IMG/VR virus record: IMGVR_UViG_3300025131_000013
Location: 29,476 to 93,475 of that record
Source of the DNA: a virus
DNA length: 64,000 nt
Strand: one strand, 5' to 3'
Numbering within the stretch: position 1 is the first letter of the stretch; each line of letters begins with the position of its first letter. The notes beneath the pieces are model-generated. The model was not told the origin of the DNA, did no database searches, and was given only the letters and a program-made list of their open reading frames with translations. Positions 46,269 through 54,980 of this stretch are shown here, piece after piece. A program made the position numbers and the translations under genes.

Positions 46269-49200
46269 GTGGTTAAAGTGCCTGACAATTTTGTTCATCT
46301 TCACGCTCATACTGAGTATAGCTCACTCGACGGGATGGCTAAACTTGCCGCTTCTGTCGGTCGAGCCAAAGACTACGGACAAACTGCCTTAGCCATAACG
46401 GATCACGGCGTAACTAATGGCTGGGTAAAGTTCTGGAAGGAGTGTAGATCGGCAGAGATTAAGCCAATCCTTGGAGTGGAGTTCTACATAGTAGATGATA
46501 TGGAGCGTCGAGGATTGACTGACGCAGAGAAACTGAAGTATTGTAAGGATTTGACCGGAAAGGCCCTGCGGTCTAAGATGGCCGAGGTTCAGAAAGCTCT
46601 CGGTTTGAGGAAGCGATACCATTGTATCGCTTTGGCTAAGAATTATCAAGGATACAGAAATATCCTTCGGCTTGTTAGTGAGTCCAATAAGCGAGGGTTC
46701 TATTATAAGCCAAGAATAGACTACAAGACTCTTTTTGAACTCAAACAGGGTCTTATCGTCACATCGGGCTGTATGGCGGGAAAGATCCCACAGTTCATAT
46801 TAGCCTCGGAAGGCAAGTCCTTCTACTCCGATGTATCCTATGATATTGATGCGACCGATGATGCCTCGTCTGAAGAGATAGATGAGATGTGGAGTCGTAT
46901 GAAGGAGGAATTTGGTGGCGATTTCTACGCCGAAATCCAGTCCATTGATATGGAAGAGCAGTCTATTGTTAACGCAGGAGTAGCCTCATATGCCTCAGAA
47001 TATGAGGTCCCGCTCATTGCTACAAACGACATCCACTACGTCGGACAAAACGATTGTGTCGCTCATGATGTCCTGCTTGCGATCCAAACCTCCTTCGGAT
47101 ATAACGTCAAGCGAATTGACGATCCGACACGTTGGCGTTTTACTACAGAAGAACTTTGGCTTAAGGACCGCCATCAAATGGTTGAGGATCTCAAGGATTT
47201 TAATGCTCTTGAGGATTTGCCGGCAAGTATTATTGAGACGGCTTGTGATAATACCATGGAGGTCGCAGATAAGATTACTTTTGCGCCATGGGATCAATTC
47301 TCTGATCCAAAAGTCACCCCTTCGGTATATCTTCCAAGAGATTACTACCCACATTCATATAAGTCTGCGATGCGGAAGACAGAGAAGTATTGGGTAGGAT
47401 GCGAGAAGATGCTCTGGGACTGGTGTAAGGACGGATGGAAACGGAAGATTCGCGGAAGAGTGGATCCTGGATTACACAAGCAGTATAAGGAACGGCTGAA
47501 GTATGAATTCAATATGGTGAAGGAGCTAGGATTCCTTGAATATTTTATTATCATTGCCGACCTTATTAAGTGGGCTAAAGGCCAAGATATTGTGGTCGGA
47601 CCAGCACGCGGTAGCGCAGCTTCCAGTTTGGTATGTTACTTGGCCGATATCACGGAGATTGATCCGATCCCTTGGCGGCTTCTGTTCGAGCGTTTTATCA
47701 GTCCTAACCGCACCGACAATCCAGATGTCGACATTGATTTCGCTCCAGATAGACGGGATGAGATCAAGACCTACCTCTCAGAGAAATATGGTAGTGAACG
47801 TGTCGCCCTTGTCGGCTCCAATATTCTGTTTAAAGGAAAGCTGGTTCTTCAAGATGTTGCTCGTGTTTACGGGCTTACACCCAAGGATATTGAAGAGGTT
47901 AAGAAGCTCATTATCGTCCGATCAGGTGCTGATCGTCGAGCAAGTTTCACCCTTATGGATTCTATGGATGAATTTGAGATTTGCCGGAAATTTGCGAAAG
48001 AGAATCCAGAGGTGGTCACTGCTGCGGCAGAACTTGAAGGTCAGGTCAAGGCTAATGGCGTGCATGCTGGAGGTGTTCTTGTTGCGGATAAGCCGCTATG
48101 GAATTATTGTAGTGTGCGACTCGATGCTAAGACAGGTAACTTCGTAGCCAACGCAGATAAGCACGATATTGAGGATCTCGGACTTCTGAAGATTGACGTA
48201 TTAGGAGTAGATGAGTTGACGATGATCTCTAGGGCAGTTAAGTTAATTGAGAGGCGCCACGGTGTTACTATTAAGCCGTGGGAGATCCCAGTAGATGATG
48301 GAGACACTTTTGAAGAGATGTCGTTCGGAAATACCGTTGGAGTATTTCAATTCCACTCTAAAGGAATTACTCGACTCTCCCAGAATGTGCAACCTGATTG
48401 CTTTGAGGATGTTGCTGCTATCACGGCGTTGCACCGTCCTGGACCGCTACACTCTGGCGCAGCTTATTCTTACGGACCACTTAAGCGAGAGGAAAAGCCC
48501 AGACGAAACTGGCATCCAATCGTCCAAGAGATTTGTAACGATACCTATGGAGAGATCCTCTACCAAGAGCAGCTCATGGGCATCGTCAGGGAGTGTGCTG
48601 GTTTCTCTTGGAAGCAGACTGGTGACTTACGGAAAACGATCTCCAAGAATGTAGGCGTTGAATACTTCCACGATGAATATCTGCCCCCTTGGCTAAAGGG
48701 ATGCTATGAGAACCCGAAGTGGATAGAGGGTCTGGCGATTACAGATCCGAAAGCGTATATGGAGGTAAAGGATAAGCCAAAGAAGCTGAAGAAGCTCTCA
48801 GATAATAGAGCTGAAGCTACTTTCACCTCCTTTATGAATTTCGGTTCGTGGAGTATGAATAAGTGCCACGCCGTTGCGTATGGTATGATAACCTATGTGT
48901 CGATGTGGCTCAAGACCCACTACCCGCTAGAGTTTATGTGCGCATGCATCGAAACGGAAAACAATGAGAGCGAACGAAGAAAGCTCATCACTGAACTTAA
49001 GCGCATCGGGATACCGATCCATGGACCGAATATTAATAAGTCGGACATTAAGTTCGGAATTGAGGAGGACGGCATTCGTTGTGGACTTCAAGACGTTAAG
49101 GGTGTTGGTGAAAAGGCTTGCACCTCTATCGTCGAATCAGGGCCGTATAAAGGCATATTTGATTTTGAGCGAAAGGTCAATCGACGTGTCGTCCACAAGG

Positions 49201-50306
49201 GTGTTATTAGAAGCCTCATCTGTGCGGGTGCTTTTGAGGACTTTTATGCTAATACAAAAGTCCTTCTTGATCGCTATGAAGAGATGCTCGCTGACGCCAA
49301 AAGATACGATGGTAAGTTGCCAAAGGAAGTCAGAAAGCGATGGAGAAAGGATCTCTCTAGTGATAGAGATGCCTTCACTGAGGAAGAGGAAACTCGGCTC
49401 AAGGAGCGATTTACCACTATGGTTCAGGGCGATGCGCTCATTACTTACTATAATGGGTTCCTCGACTCCCTCAAAGTTCCTTGGCAATCTGTTGAGGATG
49501 TTGGCGAATTGGCTGAAAGCGGAGAGCAGATTAAGAAGCCAGTCTACGTAAGGGCAATAATACGATCTATTGATCTCAAGCGTTACTCACAGGAAGTGAA
49601 CTACGTAGTGGGTGACGAGCAAGATTTCCGGTATTGTCTTCTCGATCTTGAGGACGAGACAGACTTTATTATGGGATCCTGCGAGGCCGAAGTATATGCC
49701 CGACATGAAAAGCTCTTGTGGGAATGGGGGACTGGAACTCCGGTCCTTGTCAAAGGAAATCTGGCTAGTGGTAGGAGGAAGCTATACGTTACAGAGATGG
49801 CTTCGCTTGACGATTTACGATTCCGCTTTGAAGGTGGTAAGGGGTTTGGATCATTGGAGCGTAATGAGGCCGCAGTTTTGCGTACAAATCCAGGCAACCC
49901 GAGAGGGATTGGAAGCGTTCGTAAGAGGGCAAGTAAAATCCTCAATGGCCTTGCTTGCTGTGAACAAGCATGGAATAAAGGGAATTTTACAGCCGCCGGA
50001 TATATCTCTAGAGCAAAGGTAGTCCAGACCAAGAAAGATAAGAGGGATATGATGTTTGCTTCGCTTGAGGACGAGACAGGGATGATTCCGGTCATGGTCT
50101 GGCCGAATGATACTGCGGCTGATGGAGGATGGATTAGGAAGGTATTTGAGAACGCTGAAGCTAAGGGTTTGGCTGTAAAGGTGAGACTAAGGCGGATGCC
50201 TGGGAATGAGAAATTCCCTGAGACTAAATTCGTAGTGGACTATAGAGGTAGACCATCTGTGATGCCTTTAACTGCAAAGAATATCAAGGCGCTCAGTAAT
50301 GTATAG
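46269..50306 (+). CDS. dnaE: DNA polymerase III alpha subunit
   Basis: PHP: HLHAHTEYSSLDG, ITDHG, ATNDIHY. Polymerase: GPARGSAASSLV, LFERF, PDVDIDF, HAGG, LLKIDVLG, NKCHAVAY. Confidence 0.97.
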   Translation: MVKVPDNFVHLHAHTEYSSLDGMAKLAASVGRAKDYGQTALAITDHGVTNGWVKFWKECRSAEIKPILGVEFYIVDDMERRGLTDAEKLKYCKDLTGKALRSKMAEVQKALGLRKRYHCIALAKNYQGYRNILRLVSESNKRGFYYKPRIDYKTLFELKQGLIVTSGCMAGKIPQFILASEGKSFYSDVSYDIDATDDASSEEIDEMWSRMKEEFGGDFYAEIQSIDMEEQSIVNAGVASYASEYEVPLIATNDIHYVGQNDCVAHDVLLAIQTSFGYNVKRIDDPTRWRFTTEELWLKDRHQMVEDLKDFNALEDLPASIIETACDNTMEVADKITFAPWDQFSDPKVTPSVYLPRDYYPHSYKSAMRKTEKYWVGCEKMLWDWCKDGWKRKIRGRVDPGLHKQYKERLKYEFNMVKELGFLEYFIIIADLIKWAKGQDIVVGPARGSAASSLVCYLADITEIDPIPWRLLFERFISPNRTDNPDVDIDFAPDRRDEIKTYLSEKYGSERVALVGSNILFKGKLVLQDVARVYGLTPKDIEEVKKLIIVRSGADRRASFTLMDSMDEFEICRKFAKENPEVVTAAAELEGQVKANGVHAGGVLVADKPLWNYCSVRLDAKTGNFVANADKHDIEDLGLLKIDVLGVDELTMISRAVKLIERRHGVTIKPWEIPVDDGDTFEEMSFGNTVGVFQFHSKGITRLSQNVQPDCFEDVAAITALHRPGPLHSGAAYSYGPLKREEKPRRNWHPIVQEICNDTYGEILYQEQLMGIVRECAGFSWKQTGDLRKTISKNVGVEYFHDEYLPPWLKGCYENPKWIEGLAITDPKAYMEVKDKPKKLKKLSDNRAEATFTSFMNFGSWSMNKCHAVAYGMITYVSMWLKTHYPLEFMCACIETENNESERRKLITELKRIGIPIHGPNINKSDIKFGIEEDGIRCGLQDVKGVGEKACTSIVESGPYKGIFDFERKVNRRVVHKGVIRSLICAGAFEDFYANTKVLLDRYEEMLADAKRYDGKLPKEVRKRWRKDLSSDRDAFTEEEETRLKERFTTMVQGDALITYYNGFLDSLKVPWQSVEDVGELAESGEQIKKPVYVRAIIRSIDLKRYSQEVNYVVGDEQDFRYCLLDLEDETDFIMGSCEAEVYARHEKLLWEWGTGTPVLVKGNLASGRRKLYVTEMASLDDLRFRFEGGKGFGSLERNEAAVLRTNPGNPRGIGSVRKRASKILNGLACCEQAWNKGNFTAAGYISRAKVVQTKKDKRDMMFASLEDETGMIPVMVWPNDTAADGGWIRKVFENAEAKGLAVKVRLRRMPGNEKFPETKFVVDYRGRPSVMPLTAKNIKALSNV

Positions 50307-50408
50307 TAGATTAAGAGGGTATAGCGTCCCATGGCGTTAAACCTCTCCTTGGTTGGGGCATCGGACAGGCATGTTCGGTGCCCTTAATCTGTCTAGGAGG
50401 TCAAGAGT

Positions 50409-50654
50409 ATGAGGGCAACAGTTGAAGTTGAGGAGATAGTAGCATTGGCGCAGTATAAGAATATCAAGATCAGAGTCTGCCTTGATGGTGAGTGCGAATC
50501 AGATGAGGAGATTGATGAGCTAGCAGTAAAGGCAGCAGGAGCAGTCAAGAGGCAGGTCAAAAGGACGATCAAGTCTCTGGATGGAGGATGCCTCGCAGGA
50601 GGGCTTAGTAAGCAGTGGGCCTATAAGAACGGGAGGAAGAAGCGTGAAAACTGA
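50409..50654 (+). CDS. Hypothetical protein
   Basis: AGGAGG SD; LAQYKNIKIRV. Confidence 0.65.
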   Translation: MRATVEVEEIVALAQYKNIKIRVCLDGECESDEEIDELAVKAAGAVKRQVKRTIKSLDGGCLAGGLSKQWAYKNGRKKREN

Positions 50655-50868
50655 TTTCGCAAGGGACATACCTGTTGGTGCTACGGTTGACTTGGGTGTT
50701 AGGGGCAGGCAGATCGTTAGGCAAAAGACGAGTGACGGGATTATATTTGCTAGTGTGGGGGAGTTTACTCCTGCTACTAGAGTCCCTGCTGATATAGGGG
50801 TAGCATGGGATGACTATGCCTACGGATTTCTCCGTGCGCAGGATAGGGTAGGCGCGTCCTATGGCTAA
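50644..50868 (+). CDS. Hypothetical protein
   Basis: GTG start after GGGAGGA. Confidence 0.5.
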   Translation: MKTDFARDIPVGATVDLGVRGRQIVRQKTSDGIIFASVGEFTPATRVPADIGVAWDDYAYGFLRAQDRVGASYG

Positions 50869-51589
50869 GAATGCAGACGCTGGAGAGAAGTGGGGAAGTG
50901 CGTTCGTGCGCGCTAACGTAAAGAAACCCCGACCGAGGGCAAAGACCTTCCTCAGCGTTAAGAGGCGTGCTGAGAGGAACCTCGAAATTGGGACCGAAGA
51001 ACTCTCTGAAGCCATTGAAGGACTTGCCTCCTTGGCCAATGTGGGTGACCTCCCCGCAGGCATCGGCTCGGACGATATTGATCATGTCCAGACTCATCTT
51101 ATGATCCCAGAGGATGATCTGGATAATCCGATCATAGTCACTAAGCATATGAATCGCCTACCTTCTATCTCAACTCGGTGGGGGATGATTGGCGTTCGGG
51201 TTGAGCGTGCTCTGGATGAGATAACCCGAGAGCATGATCGCTGGGTAGCAGAAGCAAAGATAGGAATCAGGGACGTTCTGTTCCAGAAGTCTAGGGATGA
51301 GGGCGCAACTGCTAACAACTCTGTTCCGACCAAATCCGACATCGAAGCACAGTTTCTTGTCCTGTATAATGAAGATGAGGGCTACATCCAGCGACGACAG
51401 ATGATGAAGGATATGGAACATGTTAAGGATTATATTAGTATTATCGTGAAGTCAATCGATAAAGCGTGTGATATGATTCAGAATATCGGCCACATGAACC
51501 GGATGATGGTTGAACAAGGGGCCATCATTGTAAGGAATAGAAAGGGAGAAAATGAATCGCGCCGACAAACTCGCAAAAGCAAAGGCTGA
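50861..51589 (+). CDS. UvsY-like recombination mediator (putative)
   Basis: Long helices with PTKSDIEAQ..DEGYIQ..DMIQNIGHMNR pattern; near SSB and RecA. Confidence 0.5.
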   Translation: MAKNADAGEKWGSAFVRANVKKPRPRAKTFLSVKRRAERNLEIGTEELSEAIEGLASLANVGDLPAGIGSDDIDHVQTHLMIPEDDLDNPIIVTKHMNRLPSISTRWGMIGVRVERALDEITREHDRWVAEAKIGIRDVLFQKSRDEGATANNSVPTKSDIEAQFLVLYNEDEGYIQRRQMMKDMEHVKDYISIIVKSIDKACDMIQNIGHMNRMMVEQGAIIVRNRKGENESRRQTRKSKG

Positions 51590-51767
51590 TCTGGCTAATC
51601 TTGAGTCTGTAAAGAATTACAACCAGCAAAGGTTGTATCGCGGTCCTATTAGAAAGTTGAGGGAGGAAATTGTAAAGTTGCAGAAGCAGTCTTATTCCAG
51701 GCGAGCAACAAGGATTGCTGAAGAATCGATCGATAAGACGGGGAGCAACGAAAGCAGCGATGTATAA
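51552..51767 (+). CDS. Hypothetical protein
   Basis: AAGGGAG SD. Confidence 0.6.
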   Translation: MNRADKLAKAKADLANLESVKNYNQQRLYRGPIRKLREEIVKLQKQSYSRRATRIAEESIDKTGSNESSDV

Positions 51768-51913
51768 GTAGACGGTTAAAGATTCCGCGTGTGCGAATCC
51801 TAGACCCAGGCACCCTCAAAGCTCTCGTTAGCACGCCCACTGCTAACGAGAGCCTAGTATCAAACTGACCTTAGCCCAATGTGGCCACGGTCCAAAACGA
51901 AAGGAGTAGTGGG

Positions 51914-52765
51914 ATGGCAAAAACGAAGAAGTCAGAGTCTAAGCGTCTTGATCCTAAGAGTAAATGGGCGGGAGGGACTCAACGCGCATCTCGGGGCAAT
52001 TTCGATTACCCTAAGATGAAGACGGATAAAAAGCGGAATTACTTTGTCCTGTTTGAGGACGATTTCGGTGAGTGTTACCAGCACTGGGCGAAGAAACCAA
52101 AGGAAGGCGGCGAAGATATTCGGTCCTTCAACTGTGCTGGTGGAATTGAAGGAGTCGGTGATGCTCCGGATCAGTGCGCGTGTTGTGCGCTTGAGAGTGG
52201 AGACCTGGATGTCACAACGAACGCCTACGTTGATAATACTCGTCATCGTTATTTCCTCAAAGTCGTTCCGGTCAAATTCATCAAGAAGGGCGGTAAGAGT
52301 CTGGCCCGAGCCGCAGAGAAAGAGGTTCAGATTCTTGAGATCGGGCCTCAGATCTTTAAAGGCTTGTCAGGTATCCGTTCTGAGATTGATGATGATGAAG
52401 CCGGTGAATACGCAGACCTCGGCATATCCTCGGTGACTGGGGTAGTTATCCAAGTCACAAAGGTCGGTGAGGGTCGGAACACCGAGTATTCAGTGAAGGC
52501 ACTCCAGAGTAAGGTTGATACGGTCAAGATTCTTAAAGGCTGTGAAGATGAATGTCCTCCACTTGAAGAATTATCCAAGGCTGACTCTAACTCTCGTATG
52601 CGTGTCTTCTTGTTGGGCGCTGATTCCATGGATGAAGATGACGATGATGAGGTCGATCTTGACGCCGGGGATGAAGACGAGGATGAGGATGATGACGACG
52701 AGGTGGATCTGGATGATGACGAGGATGATGACGAGGATGATGACGAGGATGATGATGATGAGTAG
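51914..52765 (+). CDS. Single-stranded DNA-binding protein (gp32-like) with long acidic tail
   Basis: SD AAGGAG; QHW..FNC..CACC zinc site, VQILEIGPQIFK, TKVGEGRNTEYSV; ~45 aa D/E tail. Confidence 0.85.
   Translation: MAKTKKSESKRLDPKSKWAGGTQRASRGNFDYPKMKTDKKRNYFVLFEDDFGECYQHWAKKPKEGGEDIRSFNCAGGIEGVGDAPDQCACCALESGDLDVTTNAYVDNTRHRYFLKVVPVKFIKKGGKSLARAAEKEVQILEIGPQIFKGLSGIRSEIDDDEAGEYADLGISSVTGVVIQVTKVGEGRNTEYSVKALQSKVDTVKILKGCEDECPPLEELSKADSNSRMRVFLLGADSMDEDDDDEVDLDAGDEDEDEDDDDEVDLDDDEDDDEDDDEDDDDE
52630..52762 (+). repeat. GAY/GAR low-complexity repeat encoding the acidic SSB tail
   Basis: Tandem GATGACGAGGAT units. Confidence 0.85.
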
Positions 52766-52838
52766 CCCTGAAAAGGTCCGGTAGCTTATAACTCTGCCGG
52801 TAGGATGGTTGGAGTCCAACTCCTAGAGGGGTATTGTG

Positions 52839-52886
52839 GGGGAGGTCAAGAAGGTATGCTTTTGCCTTGGCCTCCCCTGCGCTTTA
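52839..52886 (+). terminator. Hairpin/putative terminator after SSB region
   Basis: GGGGAGGTCAAG / CTTGGCCTCCCC 12 bp stem. Confidence 0.55.
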
Positions 52887-52901
52887 TAAGGAGTCAAGAG
52901 T

Positions 52902-53129
52902 ATGCAAGTCCAATATAGTTCTGGAATGGTTCTCGTCCTTGAGGGTGAGAAGAATTGTATCAGAGTGGATGAAGATCTTACAAACGCAAAGCTGACGCTC
53001 GTTATATTCAAGGGGAAATTTCAAGATCCTGGCGCAAGGATGATCGGAGAGGTGGAGCTTACTGACTATGGCTTGGACTCTCTATTTAATAAGCTAGAGC
53101 GGATGAGACGGGAGAGAGGCAAGTCGTGA
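52902..53129 (+). CDS. Hypothetical protein
   Basis: AAGGAG SD. Confidence 0.6.
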   Translation: MQVQYSSGMVLVLEGEKNCIRVDEDLTNAKLTLVIFKGKFQDPGARMIGEVELTDYGLDSLFNKLERMRRERGKS

Positions 53130-53704
53130 AACTCTCAAACTGTCGCGAGTGTAGCCTCTGCAAGAAACAAGACTCTGGGTTCAGAAGAACTCAGGTCGTT
53201 CTAGGCAGAGGCTCACCAGAATATCGGATTATGTTTGTTGGTGAAGCACCGGGGGATTATGATGATCGAAACGGGAAGCTATTCTGGCCTGAAGATCCGG
53301 CAGGTGAGATGTATGATAAGATACTGAAGAACTTGAGTTTAAGGCGCGAGATGGTATATACTACTACCGCTGTCAAATGTCGGCCAACTCAGGTCGGACC
53401 TGCTGGCCCGAAGAACCGACCACCCTCTGGCGTAGAGATTGAGACGTGCCGTAGATGGTTGCGTCGAGAGATCATTAAGCAGAATCCAAAGTTAATCGTA
53501 ACTCTGGGTGCTGCCTCTCTTAAGTCAGTAGTAGGCGTGGACGGCGTGATGAGGCATGCAGGAAGATTGGTAGATTGTAGTGAGTTCAAGTGCTATGCCT
53601 TTCCTTTGCTTCATCCTGCCTCAATCATAAATGATCACAGTCGCAAGCAACAGATGAAGAAGGATATTGTAACTCTGCGAGCGGTAATTAAGGAGGTCTA
53701 CTAG
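53126..53704 (+). CDS. udg: Uracil-DNA glycosylase, family 4
   Basis: CRECSLC, IMFVGEAPG, AVKCRP, NRPP..EIETC, IVTLG, LHPAS. Confidence 0.93.
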   Translation: MKLSNCRECSLCKKQDSGFRRTQVVLGRGSPEYRIMFVGEAPGDYDDRNGKLFWPEDPAGEMYDKILKNLSLRREMVYTTTAVKCRPTQVGPAGPKNRPPSGVEIETCRRWLRREIIKQNPKLIVTLGAASLKSVVGVDGVMRHAGRLVDCSEFKCYAFPLLHPASIINDHSRKQQMKKDIVTLRAVIKEVY

Positions 53705-54699
53705 TGGCAGCAAAGTCAGAAGCAATGGAGGCAGATGAAGCAGCGGTAGCGTTGAATAAGCGATTTGGACCAGGATCTGCTTACTTTCTGGGATCATACC
53801 AAGGTGAGAGATTGCCTACGATCCCTTTTGGTTTGCCTTCTCTTGATGCTGCTTTAGGAGGTGGTGCCCCTAAAGGCAGGATCGTAGAGATATATGGTCC
53901 TGAGGCGAGTGGGAAAACTACCCTGCTCCTTCACCTTATACGAGAAGCTATGAGGATTGGGGGTAAGTGTGCATTCGTAGACGCAGAGCACGCCCTGAGC
54001 GTAGATCTAGTAGAGAATATGGGTATTGATCTCAATAAGCTGATGTTCTCTCAACCGGATTCAGGGGAGCAGGGACTAGACGTAGCTATTGCTCTTGCTA
54101 AGTCTGGAGCCTTTGATGTGATCGGTGTAGACTCTGTTGCGGCTTTGGTTCCTCAGGCAGAGTTGGATGGAGAGATGGATGATCAGCAAATGGGACTTCA
54201 GGCTAGGATGCTAGGGAAGGGGATCAGAAAGATAGCAGGAGCAGCCTCTAAGACTGATACCTGTGTAGTCTTTATTAATCAACTTCGGATGAAAATCGGG
54301 GTGATGTTTGGTAATCCTGAGACTACTCCTGGTGGTAAGGCACTAGGTTTTTGGGCCAGTCAACGTATAGATGTGCGAGCCTACAAACAGATGAAAGAGG
54401 GTAAGCGAGTGATTGGCAGAGAAGGGTGGATTACCGTAGCCAAGAACAAGATTGCTGCCCCTTATCGCAAGATCGAAACCCGACTGCTATATGGACAGGG
54501 TTTTGATGCTGGATTTGATCGTTTTAATTTCGGAGTTGAGACCGGAGCAATCCGTAAGAAAGGAAACACCTATTCAGTAGTTACTAGTAAGGGTGCTTTC
54601 AAGTTAGGTGTGGGTAAAGATGCTGCCCAACAGAAGCTGAGAGAATCTAAGTTGGGTCGGAAAAAGTTACGGTTGGCGCTTAAGAAGTCGGTTGGTTAA
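53704..54699 (+). CDS. recA: RecA recombinase
   Basis: GRIVEIYGPEASGKTT, FVDAEHAL, SQPDSGEQ, VDSVAAL, FINQLRMKIGVMFGNPETTPGGKAL. Confidence 0.98.
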   Translation: MAAKSEAMEADEAAVALNKRFGPGSAYFLGSYQGERLPTIPFGLPSLDAALGGGAPKGRIVEIYGPEASGKTTLLLHLIREAMRIGGKCAFVDAEHALSVDLVENMGIDLNKLMFSQPDSGEQGLDVAIALAKSGAFDVIGVDSVAALVPQAELDGEMDDQQMGLQARMLGKGIRKIAGAASKTDTCVVFINQLRMKIGVMFGNPETTPGGKALGFWASQRIDVRAYKQMKEGKRVIGREGWITVAKNKIAAPYRKIETRLLYGQGFDAGFDRFNFGVETGAIRKKGNTYSVVTSKGAFKLGVGKDAAQQKLRESKLGRKKLRLALKKSVG

Positions 54700-54716
54700 T
54701 TTCGCAGAAATGTATA
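54698..54716 (+). promoter_or_regulatory. Putative phage promoter motif, copy 2
   Basis: AATTTCGCAGAAATGTATA is near-identical to 36644-36661. Confidence 0.5.
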
Positions 54717-54723
54717 TATCTAA

Positions 54724-54917
54724 GGACGTAGGAGGTGAGCCAAGGGGAACTTTGAGGTATAATGGACACTACACTTCAATGGCTATCCATCTTCGGCCAG
54801 ACCTTTCGTGTCCAGGGGCGAGCAAGGGGGACTCTTGGGCTTTGGTTGCCGTTAGGATAAGTCCAGTTTTGTGGGGAAAGAGTAGTGTTCTACTCAAAGG
54901 GCTGATCAAATACGTCT
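54724..54917 (+). ncRNA. Putative ~195 nt rod-shaped ncRNA (6S-like architecture)
   Basis: Nested stems: GGACGTA/TACGTCT, AGCC/GGCT, CTTTGAG/CTCAAAG, GGACACTAC/GTAGTGTTC, CTATCC/GGATAAG, GGCCAGA/TTTGGTT. Flanked by the promoter motif and a terminator-like hairpin. Confidence 0.55.
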
Positions 54918-54918
54918 A

Positions 54919-54966
54919 TTCAAGGGCAGTTGACTACCTCTCTGGTTGGCTGCCCTTGAATTAATT
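54919..54966 (+). terminator. Hairpin downstream of the putative ncRNA
   Basis: TTCAAGGGCAGTTGAC / GTTGGCTGCCCTTGAA 16 bp stem followed by TTAATT. Confidence 0.7.
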
Positions 54967-54980
54967 AAGGGGGTGCTGTA

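Noticed and set aside
52630-52762. Tandem repeats as CRISPR array or satellite (also 63900-64000 and 30380-31280)
   Set aside because: They are in-frame codon repeats for D/E or Gly tracts with no spacers.
52766-52835. Possible tRNA (CTTATAA anticodon-like loop, GGTTGGAGTCC T-loop-like) or twister ribozyme (TAACTCTGCC...GAGGG)
   Set aside because: No D arm or proper 7 bp acceptor stem and the anticodon stem is mismatched. Twister P2 pairing and the AAGC loop are absent. Kept only as a generic structured element.
46269-54699. Inteins or introns in dnaE, recA (also dnaB and the SNF2 helicase)
   Set aside because: Conserved motifs are contiguous, lengths are near normal, and no C/S...HN-C/S/T splice pattern or LAGLIDADG motif was seen.
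54692-54964. 90 aa ORF between recA and 54981
   Set aside because: No SD or recognisable motif, and it coincides with extensive RNA pairing and a terminator-like hairpin; more likely non-coding.
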